Below, in pieces: positions 12,581 through 24,700 of a DNA stretch of 64,000 bases. The DNA comes from Schmidtea nova. Taxonomy: Eukaryota. Each line of letters begins with the position of its first letter. Position 1 is the stretch's first letter. The notes below the pieces were generated by a model that was given only the letters and a program-made list of their open reading frames with translations, did no database searches and had not been told where the DNA came from. The translations under genes were made by a program, and so were the position numbers. The DNA is taken from NCBI GenBank assembly GCA_044892505.1, contig CM097883.1, positions 318,370,001-318,434,000 of the forward strand, read 5' to 3'.

Positions 12581-13599
12581 GAAAATCATAACAAAAAACG
12601 GTAAAACTGTTAACTGTTATAAAAACACACTTTTGAATTTTTCAAAGTTTGAAGATACTTTTAATCTACGCAAGATATTGTAAAAACTTGAATCTACCCT
12701 CGGAAAAACTACGAAGTAAATTTTGTTTATTGTATCATTGTTGATTTTGTACCCGGATTTCATTATTAAATTATTTAAATGTTGAATTTTGGTTTTTTTT
12801 TAATAATTTTAACCATGCATATAGACATGCTTCCTTGGCTGCTCACGCGGCGAGGGAGCCCGAGTCGTCGTTGTGGGGCTTCACGGTCTCACATGGCGGT
12901 TCCACCTTTTTCTGTTTTAATATTTTAGATGATTCTGATAATGTCAATTTATAAAGCTGCGTTTGAAATTTTTAGCATTTAAGGTTGCACAATGGATGAG
13001 TCGCTGAATGTGAAGGGAATAATGCAGGGGGCTGCCTGATGGTAAGGGACATCTCCCAGGTACCAGGTACCTTTTCCCAATGTGTGATCGGAATGCATGA
13101 GTTACCGTTTCAAGAAATAGATGAGAATAAAATTTACTAGTAAAAAATCACTCGACAATATACCCAGATATAAACAAATTCAAATAGGGCAAAGTACGTC
13201 TAACTAGTCGAACGAAATAAATGCGAAAACTTATGTGATTTTCTGATAATAGACTATTCACCTGATTTCAGTGTTGAGGTTAGAGATCGATCGTACACAC
13301 CCACTGATCCATGATACAGCGGCCAGATCGCATCAGACAACGTTGGAATGTGATTAAATTCGAGTAAAATAGCATTATCTTGATCGCTGTAAATAGCGCA
13401 AGAATTCCCCAATAATTCGGGAATTTAAATTTCATAGTTACCTGATCGCTGTATATAGCGCAGGGCCAAGTGACGAATATTGTATTCCGACCGTGGTACA
13501 TCGCGGCGAAGATAATTTGAATAATTAAAAATTTAGCATATTTTCTTTTGCATTAAATAAATAATATCTATGATAAGTTAACAAGTTCAAATAGCACAG

Positions 13600-13999
13600 A
13601 TGGTAACAACAAAGATAAATCATATGCTAACCGAACTCAGGAATTCGGTGAAGACGATCAATGAAAAGGAAACGTCTGACATATTCAAGGACCTTCCACC
13701 TCGAATTTTTCGCACCATCAACGCGCAAGTTTACAAATGGCGCCGAGGGTTTAAATCGGAGATGTCCATTCTCCATTTGGGCAGACAAGAGAGATCATAT
13801 ATTCTACCGGGGCGGACCGGATTGGCCAATTTCGAGAAAACCCTATTCAAAGAGATTTGGACAGATGGTCATCTTGATAAATGATGTAGAAGGACGACCG
13901 AATCAGATAATACTGGGGACACATCCCACGAAAGGAATTGCGCAAATTAGGACTGCAAGCGTTCATACCGCGGAAATCTGTCGGAAGAGAATGCAATGA
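13600..13999 (+). pseudogene. Family X ORF2 (copy A), one frameshift, unknown function
   Basis: FKDLPPRIFRTINAQVYKWRR, then in a shifted frame CPFSIWADKRDHIFYRGGPDWPI; aligns to copies B and C. Confidence 0.7.
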
Positions 14000-14242
14000 T
14001 GGACAATCTCCATTTTCATGGGCCAGGCTTCGAAGAATGCCGATTAATCATGAATTACACATCCTATTCCGACGACCTTAACTCTGACGATTTAATCATA
14101 ATAAATAGCTTAATAAAGATCATAGTGTTGATGTTCTGTCTTTGTTGTATTTTGTTCTAACAATAACTAGTTAATTTTAGTAATTCTAATTAATACTTTA
14201 ACGTAAGAGTAGTATACCATTAAATCTGAATAAATTGCAGAA

Positions 14243-14821
14243 ATGAATCTAGAATTAACTCAGAGAGAACTGGAAAAGATGTGGCGAATTCGAAGAGCCC
14301 AGAATAAGGAATTGGGTTACCTCAAGGAAAGTTTGTCCAAAGCGGAAGCACAAATCACCTATTTGCGTAAAAGTTGGTTCGCTCCTGCTCGAATGAAAGA
14401 GCAGATTGGAAAAACAGAGCGAGCGCAACGGACAGCTGATGATTACAGGATGGAGTGGGAAGCCACCAAGATCGAGCTCCGCAAGTGCCTTCATTCTGTA
14501 ACCGCCTCGTACATTGAGCGGGAATTGAAAGATCAAATACGGCCAATCACATACCAAGAATGGACTGCTGAGAAGAAAATGGGAAGCTCAATTGGTACGG
14601 ACGTCGAAGGCCTTACCGAAACCCGTGCCGAACCCAATTCGCCAATCAGCTCTAACACCCCGATCATCAGTACGCATCAAAAGCGTAAGCGAATCGGACA
14701 GAAAAGGCGTCGACAACGAAAACTCTTCGCCCAAAAGATGCAAATTCAGATAGACGCTCAACATAAATTATCCGAGGAAGAATTGTTAAATGAGGTGTTC
14801 AGTGGATTTTCAGTGATTTAG
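14243..14821 (+). CDS. Family X ORF3 (copy A), 192 aa, coiled-coil-like with Arg-rich tail, unknown function
   Basis: Intact ATG-initiated ORF with homologues at 18800..19384 and 63390..62977. Confidence 0.75.
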   Translation: MNLELTQRELEKMWRIRRAQNKELGYLKESLSKAEAQITYLRKSWFAPARMKEQIGKTERAQRTADDYRMEWEATKIELRKCLHSVTASYIERELKDQIRPITYQEWTAEKKMGSSIGTDVEGLTETRAEPNSPISSNTPIISTHQKRKRIGQKRRRQRKLFAQKMQIQIDAQHKLSEEELLNEVFSGFSVI

Positions 14822-15958
14822 TAGGGAAATAAATGAATGGTTACAATGTGTTGTTATTTTTGCTATTTCTTTTACGTGTTGACTTAATTTAAATTTAAAA
14901 GACATAAATAATTATCAGAGACATGTAACCATAAACTTCTCGAGATTTTTACACAAAGTAAAGTAATGAACTAATTGCAATAAATATAAAAGTTCGTACA
15001 GATTCGTTAGTTTACAAATAAAGCGTAAGTCCTTCTAACGGCAGCAATGAACCCGTAAACATAAATGGGGAGTAGTACTATAAATGGTGCTCACCTGTTC
15101 ATCATTGTTTAACCACCCTGCGCATCACCAACTTGATTATCCAGGGAAATGATCAAGGGAAATGATCAAGGGCGCTTGAGTGTATAGTTGCACATTTTAT
15201 GTATGATCATGGATGAGGGATCCCTAGTCATTGTTAGAACATTTTCATCTAACCCCTCCATGAACCCAGCATTTTATTAAAATTAAAAAACTCAGTAACT
15301 TGACATCTGTAAGGTGATGTTGTGTGGTGAGGTGCTCAAATGCAAATGATTGTTTATTAATGGTTTCGTGGGCGAGTGTCTGTGTAGATATCTGAGAGAT
15401 TATCGAGTGCTAATTTCGCTATAGCAATGTGTTGTATCATCAAATAAGAAATAATACTTTAAAAAGAAAGGATCAAATTTAAAACACAAGAAAATAAAGA
15501 AATCGTGCAAAACATCACCAGGAATTAAAAAATAACTTTTGAAGACATGACCTGGGAAGGTTGGTCTAAATGTTAAAAACATGTTTGGAAATTCCGTCTA
15601 TCATAATGTTGGGCCTGCAAAACATCTAAATAGGCAAAAAACATCTATGATTAGTTAAAATAAAAAGTTAAATAATGAATTAAATTTAATCCTATATGCC
15701 AACCGGAACTAAAGATAAATCAAGTAAATCCTCATAAAGAAAATAATAAATTACCAATTATAGGATTATACCAATCATCAGGAAACCGCAGGATTAGAAA
15801 ATCTAGAATGAAAGAAATATTAAATAATAGCAAATTTAATAAATAAAAGTACTTTTTACTAAATAATTTATCGGAAAATTTGACCACTGCAATCTGAAAA
15901 TAAAATAAGGTAAGAATTATTAAAATAATGAGATTTACTTTGAATGGCGGCCGGATCC

Positions 15959-16000
15959 TGATTGGTCGGTTCAGCCAAGACAATCAGTATATATACTGAT
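15959..16000 (+). promoter_or_regulatory. Inverted CCAAT box plus perfect 18-bp palindrome containing TATA (family X copy B)
   Basis: CTGATTGGTC followed by ATCAGTATATATACTGAT at 15983..16000. Confidence 0.55.
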
Positions 16001-18161
16001 CCAAAATCTCATTATTTCAGACTATTATTTTGAGACTAAGACTTAATAAAGTGTCGACTCAACAGAAACTTTATTTAATAAAATCAACTTAATGTGGCGA
16101 ATTACTCTGAAGATTTCTGAAGAAAGCTATCCAGTAATTATTTTAATTTTGTTATGTTAATATGATTTTTGGGTTTAAATTTTCTTATGATATTTTATAT
16201 ATTTATAATTTATTATAGATTTTAAAACGCTACATCTGGAGCTAAATGCTACTAGGGCGCAATCCGCGGCCGTGGAGCTCAGTAGTTCCACGCCACGGTG
16301 AGTGAATTCAAATAGGTTATTTTAATGAATTTAAATTTTCTATGTGAATAGACAAAATTGGTAGAGAATTGCACATAGGGCAGTCAACATAGCGTTAGAG
16401 CAATACCACCTAAATTTTTCAAATAGCCTCATTTCAGGACATAGACGATTCAAGTTAGCGTCACACTGAACGAGAAGTATGGATTCAATACTGAGCACAT
16501 TACACTAGCGATGTATTCCACTACACCATAGAATGTTCAAGGTGTGTTTTAGTGATAGTATTGCATGAGTTCAACACCTTACAGGTACAAAACATAGAAC
16601 AACTAGATAGCGTTTGAGTTATACCCAGACAGACAAAAATGTCGCGATCACATCTGAGACATACAATTTCACAAATTTTTCGATTTCAGCTAATCTGAAA
16701 CATACGAAGCATTTTGATCGTTGACCCATAGCATAGAAAATCCCCGACAGAGTTCGATCAGCACGTGACCAATCGAAACGCGAGATTTGGGGGAAACTAC
16801 ACTCAAGTGATAAGTACAGTTAATAAAGGAAAATGGTAAATTAAATGGGTTAAACGTGACGAGGGAATTGGTTACGATTTTCGTCCATTCGCAAGGGGCC
16901 CGAGAGGTTTATAAGAGGGGATAAATATCCCAGAAAGATGTCTCTAACAAAATATTTTGATTTCAAGCCTTATCCACCCTGATAGTCCTGTTAGAAGATG
17001 GTTAAAAAATTAAAATATTATACAGTGGGAAATGGAAGGTACAGAATAAATATACATGTGGTTCGGATGGCAACGACAATTCAATAATCAATGGAAAATA
17101 TCAACTTCAATGATATTATGATTTTAGTGATTCTATATGACGATATTTTACTGTTGATCTTTTTTGACTTTTGTTTTATGATGATAATTATCTATTGTAC
17201 ATTCATGACAATTATGTGATTAAGCTGTGACTATCTGACAATTTTTATTTTATGGGATAATTTTATTTTGTTGCTGTTAATAAAATATTGTTGACAATTA
17301 ATTTTTGTAATGACAATTTATCATTTGAAAATTTATCATTTATGATCTTGCGAACATATATTGACATTTTTTATGGTGATGGACAAAATTTTATATAATT
17401 TTGATAGAATATTTTGTTTTGAAAATATTTTATGTAAATTAATTTTTTTAACTATTTGTAAAATGGATTATATTTTCATTTATATTTTAATATTTTAATT
17501 CAATAAATTATAATAGTAATAAAATAAATAATACAGATTGTTTAAATAAATTAAAAATAAATAAATTCCTGTCTGTTTAAATAAATTATATTTATGACCT
17601 ACAAAGGTCAGCAAAATGAAATAATATTCCAAGGTTATAAAATAATTTTGAAAACAATTTCAATCAACTCAAGAAGCAAAATAACAATCATTATTGACAG
17701 ATAAAGTGCCTTAAAATTTAGATTATAAACTGACTGATTTTTCAGTCAAATCACCCATAAAATCTTTGCGTAAGAAGAATTTCATAGTTGCTATCGACTA
17801 CTGAAATAATAATTTGGAGCATACAAGATATCGAGCTCAGAAGGCATTCACGCATATATATTTACACATTACAGGAACAACATTGTGAATCTGTAATATT
17901 TTTTAGGTAATTTGTATTTGTTGTATTTGAATAAAATCTTTTAACCAGTATTATCTTATTTATTTATAAATGATACCAAGTTAAGATTCTGGGAACCTCA
18001 ACAGTCAAACGTTACCGCAATATGCATTGGGTGGTAAATCACGGTTATTTACCAGATTATAAAAATTTAAAATGTCATTTCTGACTATAATGATCAATGC
18101 GAAAAATAACTCAGTACGTTTTGTGTTAAACTGAATAAACTGTTTTAGAACGTAATCGATT

Positions 18162-18680
18162 ATGAAAATGTCTAGAAGAGATGTCCTTTACCGAAAATCC
18201 CTGTCAAAGAAGGGAGATCATATGAGCTGAAAGACCAGATATAATAAGTCACGACTGAGCTCTCTCAAGAACCTTCCATTCGAAATACTGCAGTAGGTGC
18301 ATCAGCGGATGTGGCAGTGGAGAAGAGAGTTGGACACCGCCTGCCCGGTCACTGTATGGGACCACCTGCGTCATCACGTGCGGTATCGCGGATGTCCTAG
18401 TTGGCCGATCATTCCCAGCGAGGACTATGAGCTTGGATATGCAGACTGATTTGTTCTGCTCCTGAACGAAGACGGGTTCCCAACCTCGATGATTTATTGG
18501 GGATATATCACAGCGGTGACACTGAAGGAGATCGGGTTCCACTTCTGCACAGAAATCCACATGTTACGAGAGGCTCAAAAAAAATCTCTGGCCGTTTCAA
18601 CGAACTCACCCAGCCCCATCCGGTCAAATTTGCAAATGCCGTCAATTTTCTCATATCGGAATAAACTTTCGGCGGATTGA
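18162..18680 (+). pseudogene. Family X ORF2 (copy B), three in-frame stops
   Basis: LKNLPFEILQ*VHQRMWQWRR...CPVTVWDHLRHHVRYRGCPSWPIIPSEDY in one frame. Confidence 0.7.
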
Positions 18681-18799
18681 AATCAATTTTGTTAATAAAT
18701 TTATTAGCCCGTTGAGCTTTTTCTGCAATTTTAGTCTTCATTACTATTTTATATGATTAACAGAATTTACAAGTCACGATAACCGTTGAGTTTTTTTAT

Positions 18800-19384
18800 A
18801 TGGAACTGAAATGTCAAACATAATAAGGAGTTCAGATAAGTTATGCCAGCAAAACCAAGACCATCAAGTGTGGGAATTACAGCGGCAAATAAAACGGCTT
18901 ACCACCGCCAACGAGGAATTGAAACAGAAATGGTTCACCCCGGAGCAGATGAAAACACAGATGATGAAAATTTCGTGATTATAAGGGGCGTTAACGGAGA
19001 CCAAAACAGAACTAGGCGCGGTACAGTGAAAACTCCAAAACTGTCTAAATACCGTGACCAAATCGTTTATTGACACAGAGCTCAGAGCCCTCATGATGGA
19101 CAACAATGGTAATGAAAGATATTTCCGTCGGAACGAATTGAGAGGGTCTTCAGCCTACACCTCCGGCTTCCATCCAGCTCGAGTCAAGATCTTATGCTAA
19201 TCCAATTATGTTTCAACCACTGCCAAACTCAGGAATGAAACCATTGATCGGTTCAAGAAAAAGACGATTGGGTGCTAAGCAAAGGCGGCGCAAACGCGAA
19301 TTCGCCCGACAACTAGCTGTGCAAGTGGATTACCTGAGCGAACTACCAGAATTAGATCTTTTAGATGACATCGTGTTAATTTAA
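18800..19384 (+). pseudogene. Family X ORF3 (copy B), stops and frameshifts
   Basis: LKQKWFTPEQMKTQMMK...ELGAVQ*KLQNCLNTVTKSFIDTELR and RKRRLGAKQRRRKREFARQLAVQVD, colinear with copy A ORF3. Confidence 0.75.
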
Positions 19385-20812
19385 AAAAATTAAATAAATT
19401 AGTAATAATTTTTCGTGTTGAGTTGTTTCTCGGGTCATCAGCAGTTTTCTTTTAATAATTAAAGACGGGAGTGGTTGGAGTAGTAGCTGTCACCCTAAAC
19501 TAGAAAGCCATTTAGAGTATAGGACAACCGCAAAATGAGCTAAATGAGAATTGATAGGACCGAACATGAAGATTGACAGCGTAAGACCTTCCATCGGCAG
19601 CAGGAATCTGTTGAAGAAAATAAATGAAGAGTTGTTTCGGTAATGAAGCTCACCTGTCCATCATTTTTCCGACTCCGTATACAGTTCCAACCTAGCTACT
19701 TAAGGAATAGTTAGGGGTATACGGGTGCGGTAGATGTTTTTTTTGTATGGTTGTGGGTGAGGTATCCCTAGTGCACATAACTAAATTCCAAATTCCATCC
19801 ACAAACCCATCAATAATATTAACTACAAATTATTCTTCGTAATAATTCTATTAAGTATAGAAAGAGAAAGGAAGTCCTAAAAATCTAGGAAAAGCAAAAA
19901 AATTATTCAAAAAGAGCTTTTCAAATTGCTCATTAAATTTTTTTGAAAAAAAAGCAAAACATATTTCGTTCTTGATAATGAATCTTATTTTACATTAACC
20001 AGTCCACAAAATTGTGGCTTCTAAGTTCATAGAGATTTATTAAAAAATTAGTAAAAATTAGTCCAGATGAAATTCAACTTAATTTTGTTCGAAAGAGTAT
20101 CAAAGAAAGTAAATTCATTGTACAGATATTCAAGGGTAATGAAGAAAAACAACTCATTATAACAGAATTCCCCATGTGTAACTAGTCCAGTGATAAACTT
20201 TGATAATGCTGTTTTACCCATCAGATTATAACAAGAATCCAATATTATTGTTTTTCATCAATTTGTAGTACGGTTGAAATTATATTTAATCAGATATTGT
20301 TTACATTGTGATATTGTTGATAAACTAATATATTGTTTTATTTGAATAGTTTGAACAAGTGGAGTCAGAGATAAAGCGAAAATCCATAACTACTATTGCA
20401 TCGACTTGTTATTTAAATCCAGCATTATTATTATTACTAGTGTGTTATCTGTCAAAAATGACGGAATTTTTCGAAATAAATATATCTTTAAAACACTTTT
20501 TGTTTGAGCTTTCTATCTTAAAAAATGAGAAAAAAAACTGTCATGTAAAAAAAATTCATCAAAATTGGGAATGAGATAAAACGTACTATACATCGTTGAA
20601 AAGCTTTTGAAAAGATTTTTAAAACACTTTTTGTTTGAGCTTTCTATCTTAAGAAATGAAAAAGTTGAGTTAGCGAAAACAGCGTTACACACACACAAAC
20701 AAACATACATGGGAAATTATATATGTAGATTATTATTCAATGGTGCAAACAACACAAGTTTTCAACACTGGAAAAAGTATTAATAAGATCGTTAACACGC
20801 GAAAAATTATTA

Positions 20813-20818
20813 TTTATT
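20813..20818 (-). promoter_or_regulatory. Polyadenylation signal of the astacin-ShKT gene
   Basis: AATAAA on the minus strand about 42 nt after the stop codon. Confidence 0.5.
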
Positions 20819-20859
20819 AACTTAAAATTGGTTTATAGTAATTTATCAAATACGTTTTC

Positions 20860-21772
20860 TCATTGACAAATATTGCAAGTCTTCTTACATAAATCAGCGA
20901 TATGGCTTACTGAGCAATAGTTTTGCCGCCAAGATTCACACAGTTCATCACCTTCAGTGTTCTTGCACTCACCAGCAGTCTTGATTGTGGTGGCTTCTAA
21001 ATTGTTAGAAACACAAAACGTATAAGATAAATTGTATCACCTTTAGAGGATTTGTTACAAAATCCACAGCTTTCTGGACAATTAGTTTTCATATGATCTT
21101 CATAATTTCTGCAGTACCCTTGATCAACCCAGGAAATACAAACTTCAGCTGTTTGTTTATTTCTGCAATGAGTATTGACTGCAGATGAAGAGGCTAGACG
21201 AAAACTAAAATAACATTTATCTAAAAGCAAATATACTTGTTGTATCACTGCCAATACAAAATCCACATGCCTTTGCACAGTTCTCCTTCATATATTCTTT
21301 GTTTTCCGAACAATAACCAGTAGATGTCCATGAATTGCAGGTTTCATCATCTTCGACGTTGAGGCATATAATTGGAGTCGTTGTTGTTGCTAGAAATTAT
21401 CGGGCAATAAATAATTTCTTAATTTACTTAATACTTTTCGGCAATACACACAAATTACAACTTTTTCGGCATAAAACTGCTCTATTGAGATAAGATTGAC
21501 ATAGTCCTCTTTCTTTCAAATTTTCACAACTTTCTTCACTGTCTTCGTTAACACATTCCGCAATTGTCGTTGACTCCATACTTGGTAAGATTACTGTTGT
21601 AACTTTTGGTTCATTACATAAATTACAAGAATTTGAGCATCGTTGACCTCTGTCAGTATTGCATTGATTTCGACGCACTATTTCCGTGCAGATGTGTAGA
21701 GAATCGCGATCTTTACATTCATTTATTAACTTGCTGTCTTCTATTTGACAAATTTGACAAGTTCTTTGGCAT
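20860..21772 (-). CDS. Astacin-ShKT exons 11-14 (end of ShKT 6 through ShKT 11, and stop)
   Basis: Exons 21772-21435, 21389-21237, 21193-21041 and 20996-20860 separated by 45, 43 and 44 bp GT-AG introns; six-cysteine ShKT patterns. Confidence 0.92.
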
Positions 21773-24700
21773 CTTAAGTATGTTATCAGTTATGATTCTA
21801 TACTACAATATATAATTAAGTATTTCAAATCATTTGTTCTCAACCTTTTTATTAGAAACTGACAAACGACATTAAATAATTTGGTCGATCAGAAAGGAAA
21901 CGTTGATGAAAAAGAGTATTTTATATAATTTTAATAAATATAATTTTTGAAGATTTGTATGATATTTCATAACTTTTATAATTTTTATAACAAATCATAA
22001 TCGAAAATTTTCACTCAATAAAACTTTGCAGCAATGACTTATATTGTTATTTAACTCATATTTGAAGGATATATAAATTTAAAATATTACATAACACAAG
22101 TAGCCAATTAGAATCCAAAATAATTAATCAAATTTGAAAATATAGAGAAATAAGTAAAGTTGAAAAAGACCTAGAAGGTGGATCAAAGTGCCAAAAACTT
22201 GTTTGGAAATTTTTTCTATCAAAATATTATGTATATGAAATTCTTCGTAATAATTCTGTCATGTTGTCAGATCGTGTGACCGTTGTAAGGTCACACGCCC
22301 ATTCGATATCAACATGGTTCACTTGAGGTTCAGGGTGTGTGGCGTAGACTAGCATGCGATGTTACACATTACAATAATGATTGTTATTTCACATTGATAG
22401 ACTGTGGTCCCAGCCGCTACTCACTGTGGAGGAAAATAAGATCGGAAAATGCAAGAGATATTTGTGTAAACATAATGCAGATATTCAGAGAAAGAGGAGC
22501 ACCGGAGGAGCTTCTACTCGACAACAGCCCGGCGTTTCGATCAAACGAGCTTGCTGATTTGAGCAAAAGTTGGAATGTGCAAATTCATTTTAGATGCGCG
22601 TATAGACCACAAGGCAATGGATTACCTAGAGGAACCATCGCACCATCAAGCGAAATCCAGCAAGGTGTCGGGCAGATCCTTTAACAATGGTGCAATGGTA
22701 TAATCTGGCACCAACTGACGGAACTGATGAGGAATCGTGCCCCACATGAGATTGTTCAAATATCCGCGGAGACAAGAAGTCGGCGTCAAAACAGGAGGCA
22801 TACAGCGAGGGGACAGAGTTTACGTTAAACCCTCGAATGTCAGATGCACTACTGAATGGCCAATCGGTGTGGTTACTAATCTGGTGGAGGATCAGCAAGT
22901 CGAGGTTAACGGCGTTCTACGACATATAACAGATGTTCGTAGAGTGGAGACACCTGAGTGCGAACCCGTGGAAAGGCAACGATCCACTCGCGTACGGCGT
23001 CGTCCTGGATATCTGGATGATTATGATTATGTAGATGACTACACCAGCGACGATCAAGAGTCTGTTTCGAAAACTACCAGGGCTGATGATCTCGAAATCA
23101 GGGCGGAATGTGGTTTTAAAGAAAAGAGATTGTTTTAATAAGTGGAAAAAAGGTAAAAGGCAGAATTTAAAAATAACACTGTGGTAGAAATAAAACTTGT
23201 GTTTATCAAATTATTCAACACATCTGTTTTCATTTTTAAAGGAAAAAACCTCCGCCAGAGCATTTTGTGCTTTAGCAGGATTTCGCCTCCTGTCATTGTG
23301 CAAAATTCGCCTATATATGATTCCAATTGAAAGATTTTTGGCACACTTGAAGGCTTATGTTGATGAATGGACGGCCCAGTTTAAATATCAGTTGTCACCA
23401 AATATAAAAGTAGGCTAAAGCCTTCGATCACTTATACTTTTCCAACCGTTTTGAACACTTAAAAGATAGAATCTTCCGTGCACATTAAAAACTTGATATA
23501 AAAGGAATTTAATTTCTAATAAATTCGTTGATCATGTCTACAAATTTGATTTGTCTGTGATGGGGTGGTGAATAATTATTTGGTTTTTGAATTCATGTCC
23601 AGTTTACTTTACGGACACAGATTACTCCATGAGAAGATGAAACTTGAACATCATTGTGATATTGAACTTTAAAAATTATGGAATTGTCAAAAAATGTTAA
23701 GATAAAAAAAAACAAAAAATAAAAGTTTCAAAATGTTTCGAATAATATTCACAAAACAATTTTTGATTTATAGTCTTACAAAAATTAATGTGAAAATTAT
23801 TGAATTAAAGTTTAGAATAAAATTTAATAATTTGAAACTTTGAAGAAAAATACCGGTGAAATTGCACTTCAAGGACGGGTCCCGTTTTAGTAAGGCATGT
23901 CCACTAAAGAAGCTCACAAAATTTCAAAAATGCACAAATTTTTTATTTTACCACATATCGTGATAAAATTAAAATAAAATCATGATAAAAAAGTAAAAAG
24001 CAGTTAACATTCTGGACATTAATGATTAGGTAATTGAGTTAACACGTTTTTAGAACACTAAATGATCTTTTGTTTGAAGTGGAGAAATAAAACATGAAAA
24101 TATAATGATAGGAACTTTTTTTCCTTTTTCTTCATGCGTCTTTCTAGCTGAGCTTCATTTTCGGTAGTTCACCCATTCTCATACACTTTTGCTTTGAGAT
24201 GAGCCCAATAGGGCGAATCTGAGGTGCACATGAAGGGTTCATGGATTTTCAAAAACATATTATATTTTTGATTCAAATACAATCCAAATTGACATTGACA
24301 TAATCACAGGAGGCAAGGTCTGGCCGAAGATGTAATGTTCCCTGAGGTAATGGTCATCAAAAAATGGTAGGAGGTGCTACTGCAGATGTAAATGGACCAC
24401 CAATGAGGACAATCCGCACCTTGATACGGCAGCCCACACCAATACTTTATAGCAAAGTTTTCCACGCTATTTAAGAGATATCTCACATGGAACATTGTGC
24501 CTTTGATCTGAGTAAACGTAGTATCCTTCCTTTTGTGAACCAGTGAGTTTGAAGTATGCTCCATCATTCAATACAAACTCTTTCTTTATTTTCTCAATGT
24601 AGAAATATTTTTAAAAATTCAATTTTCTCAGACTGACGAATTTGTTGAGCAGTGTTTATTATAAGGGCTTCCACTCTCTTTCTAAACTACAAAATGTCAC

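Larger units (their letters stand above)
12178..15230 (+). mobile_element. Family X copy A: TG...CA bounded element with small ORFs, unclassified (giant solo LTR or LTR-like)
   Basis: Starts TGTTGGGCC and ends GGGATCCCTAGTCA; colinear homology with copy B in termini, promoter and ORFs, and with copy C in ORFs and 3' motifs. TSD 3/5 only. Confidence 0.75.
15607..19775 (+). mobile_element. Family X copy B, 4169 bp, perfect 5-bp TSD
   Basis: CATAA|TGTTGGGCC ... GGTATCCCTAGTGCA|CATAA (TSD 15602..15606 and 19776..19780). About 1 kb of extra AT-rich sequence at about 17060..18100. Confidence 0.85.

Noticed and set aside
15221-15228. Family X read as a Helitron because of terminal CTAG|T
   Set aside because: No consistent subterminal hairpin or 5' TC; copy B has TG...CA ends and a 5-bp TSD, which Helitrons do not make.
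20935-20945. Apparent frameshift in the last ShKT exon
   Set aside because: Re-reading across the line break gives GAA CTG TGT GAA, which is in frame.
21775-21810. Longer 5' extension of astacin exon 11 (LITYLR)
   Set aside because: It contains an in-frame TAA; the TTAAG acceptor at 21773 joins exon 10 in the correct phase.
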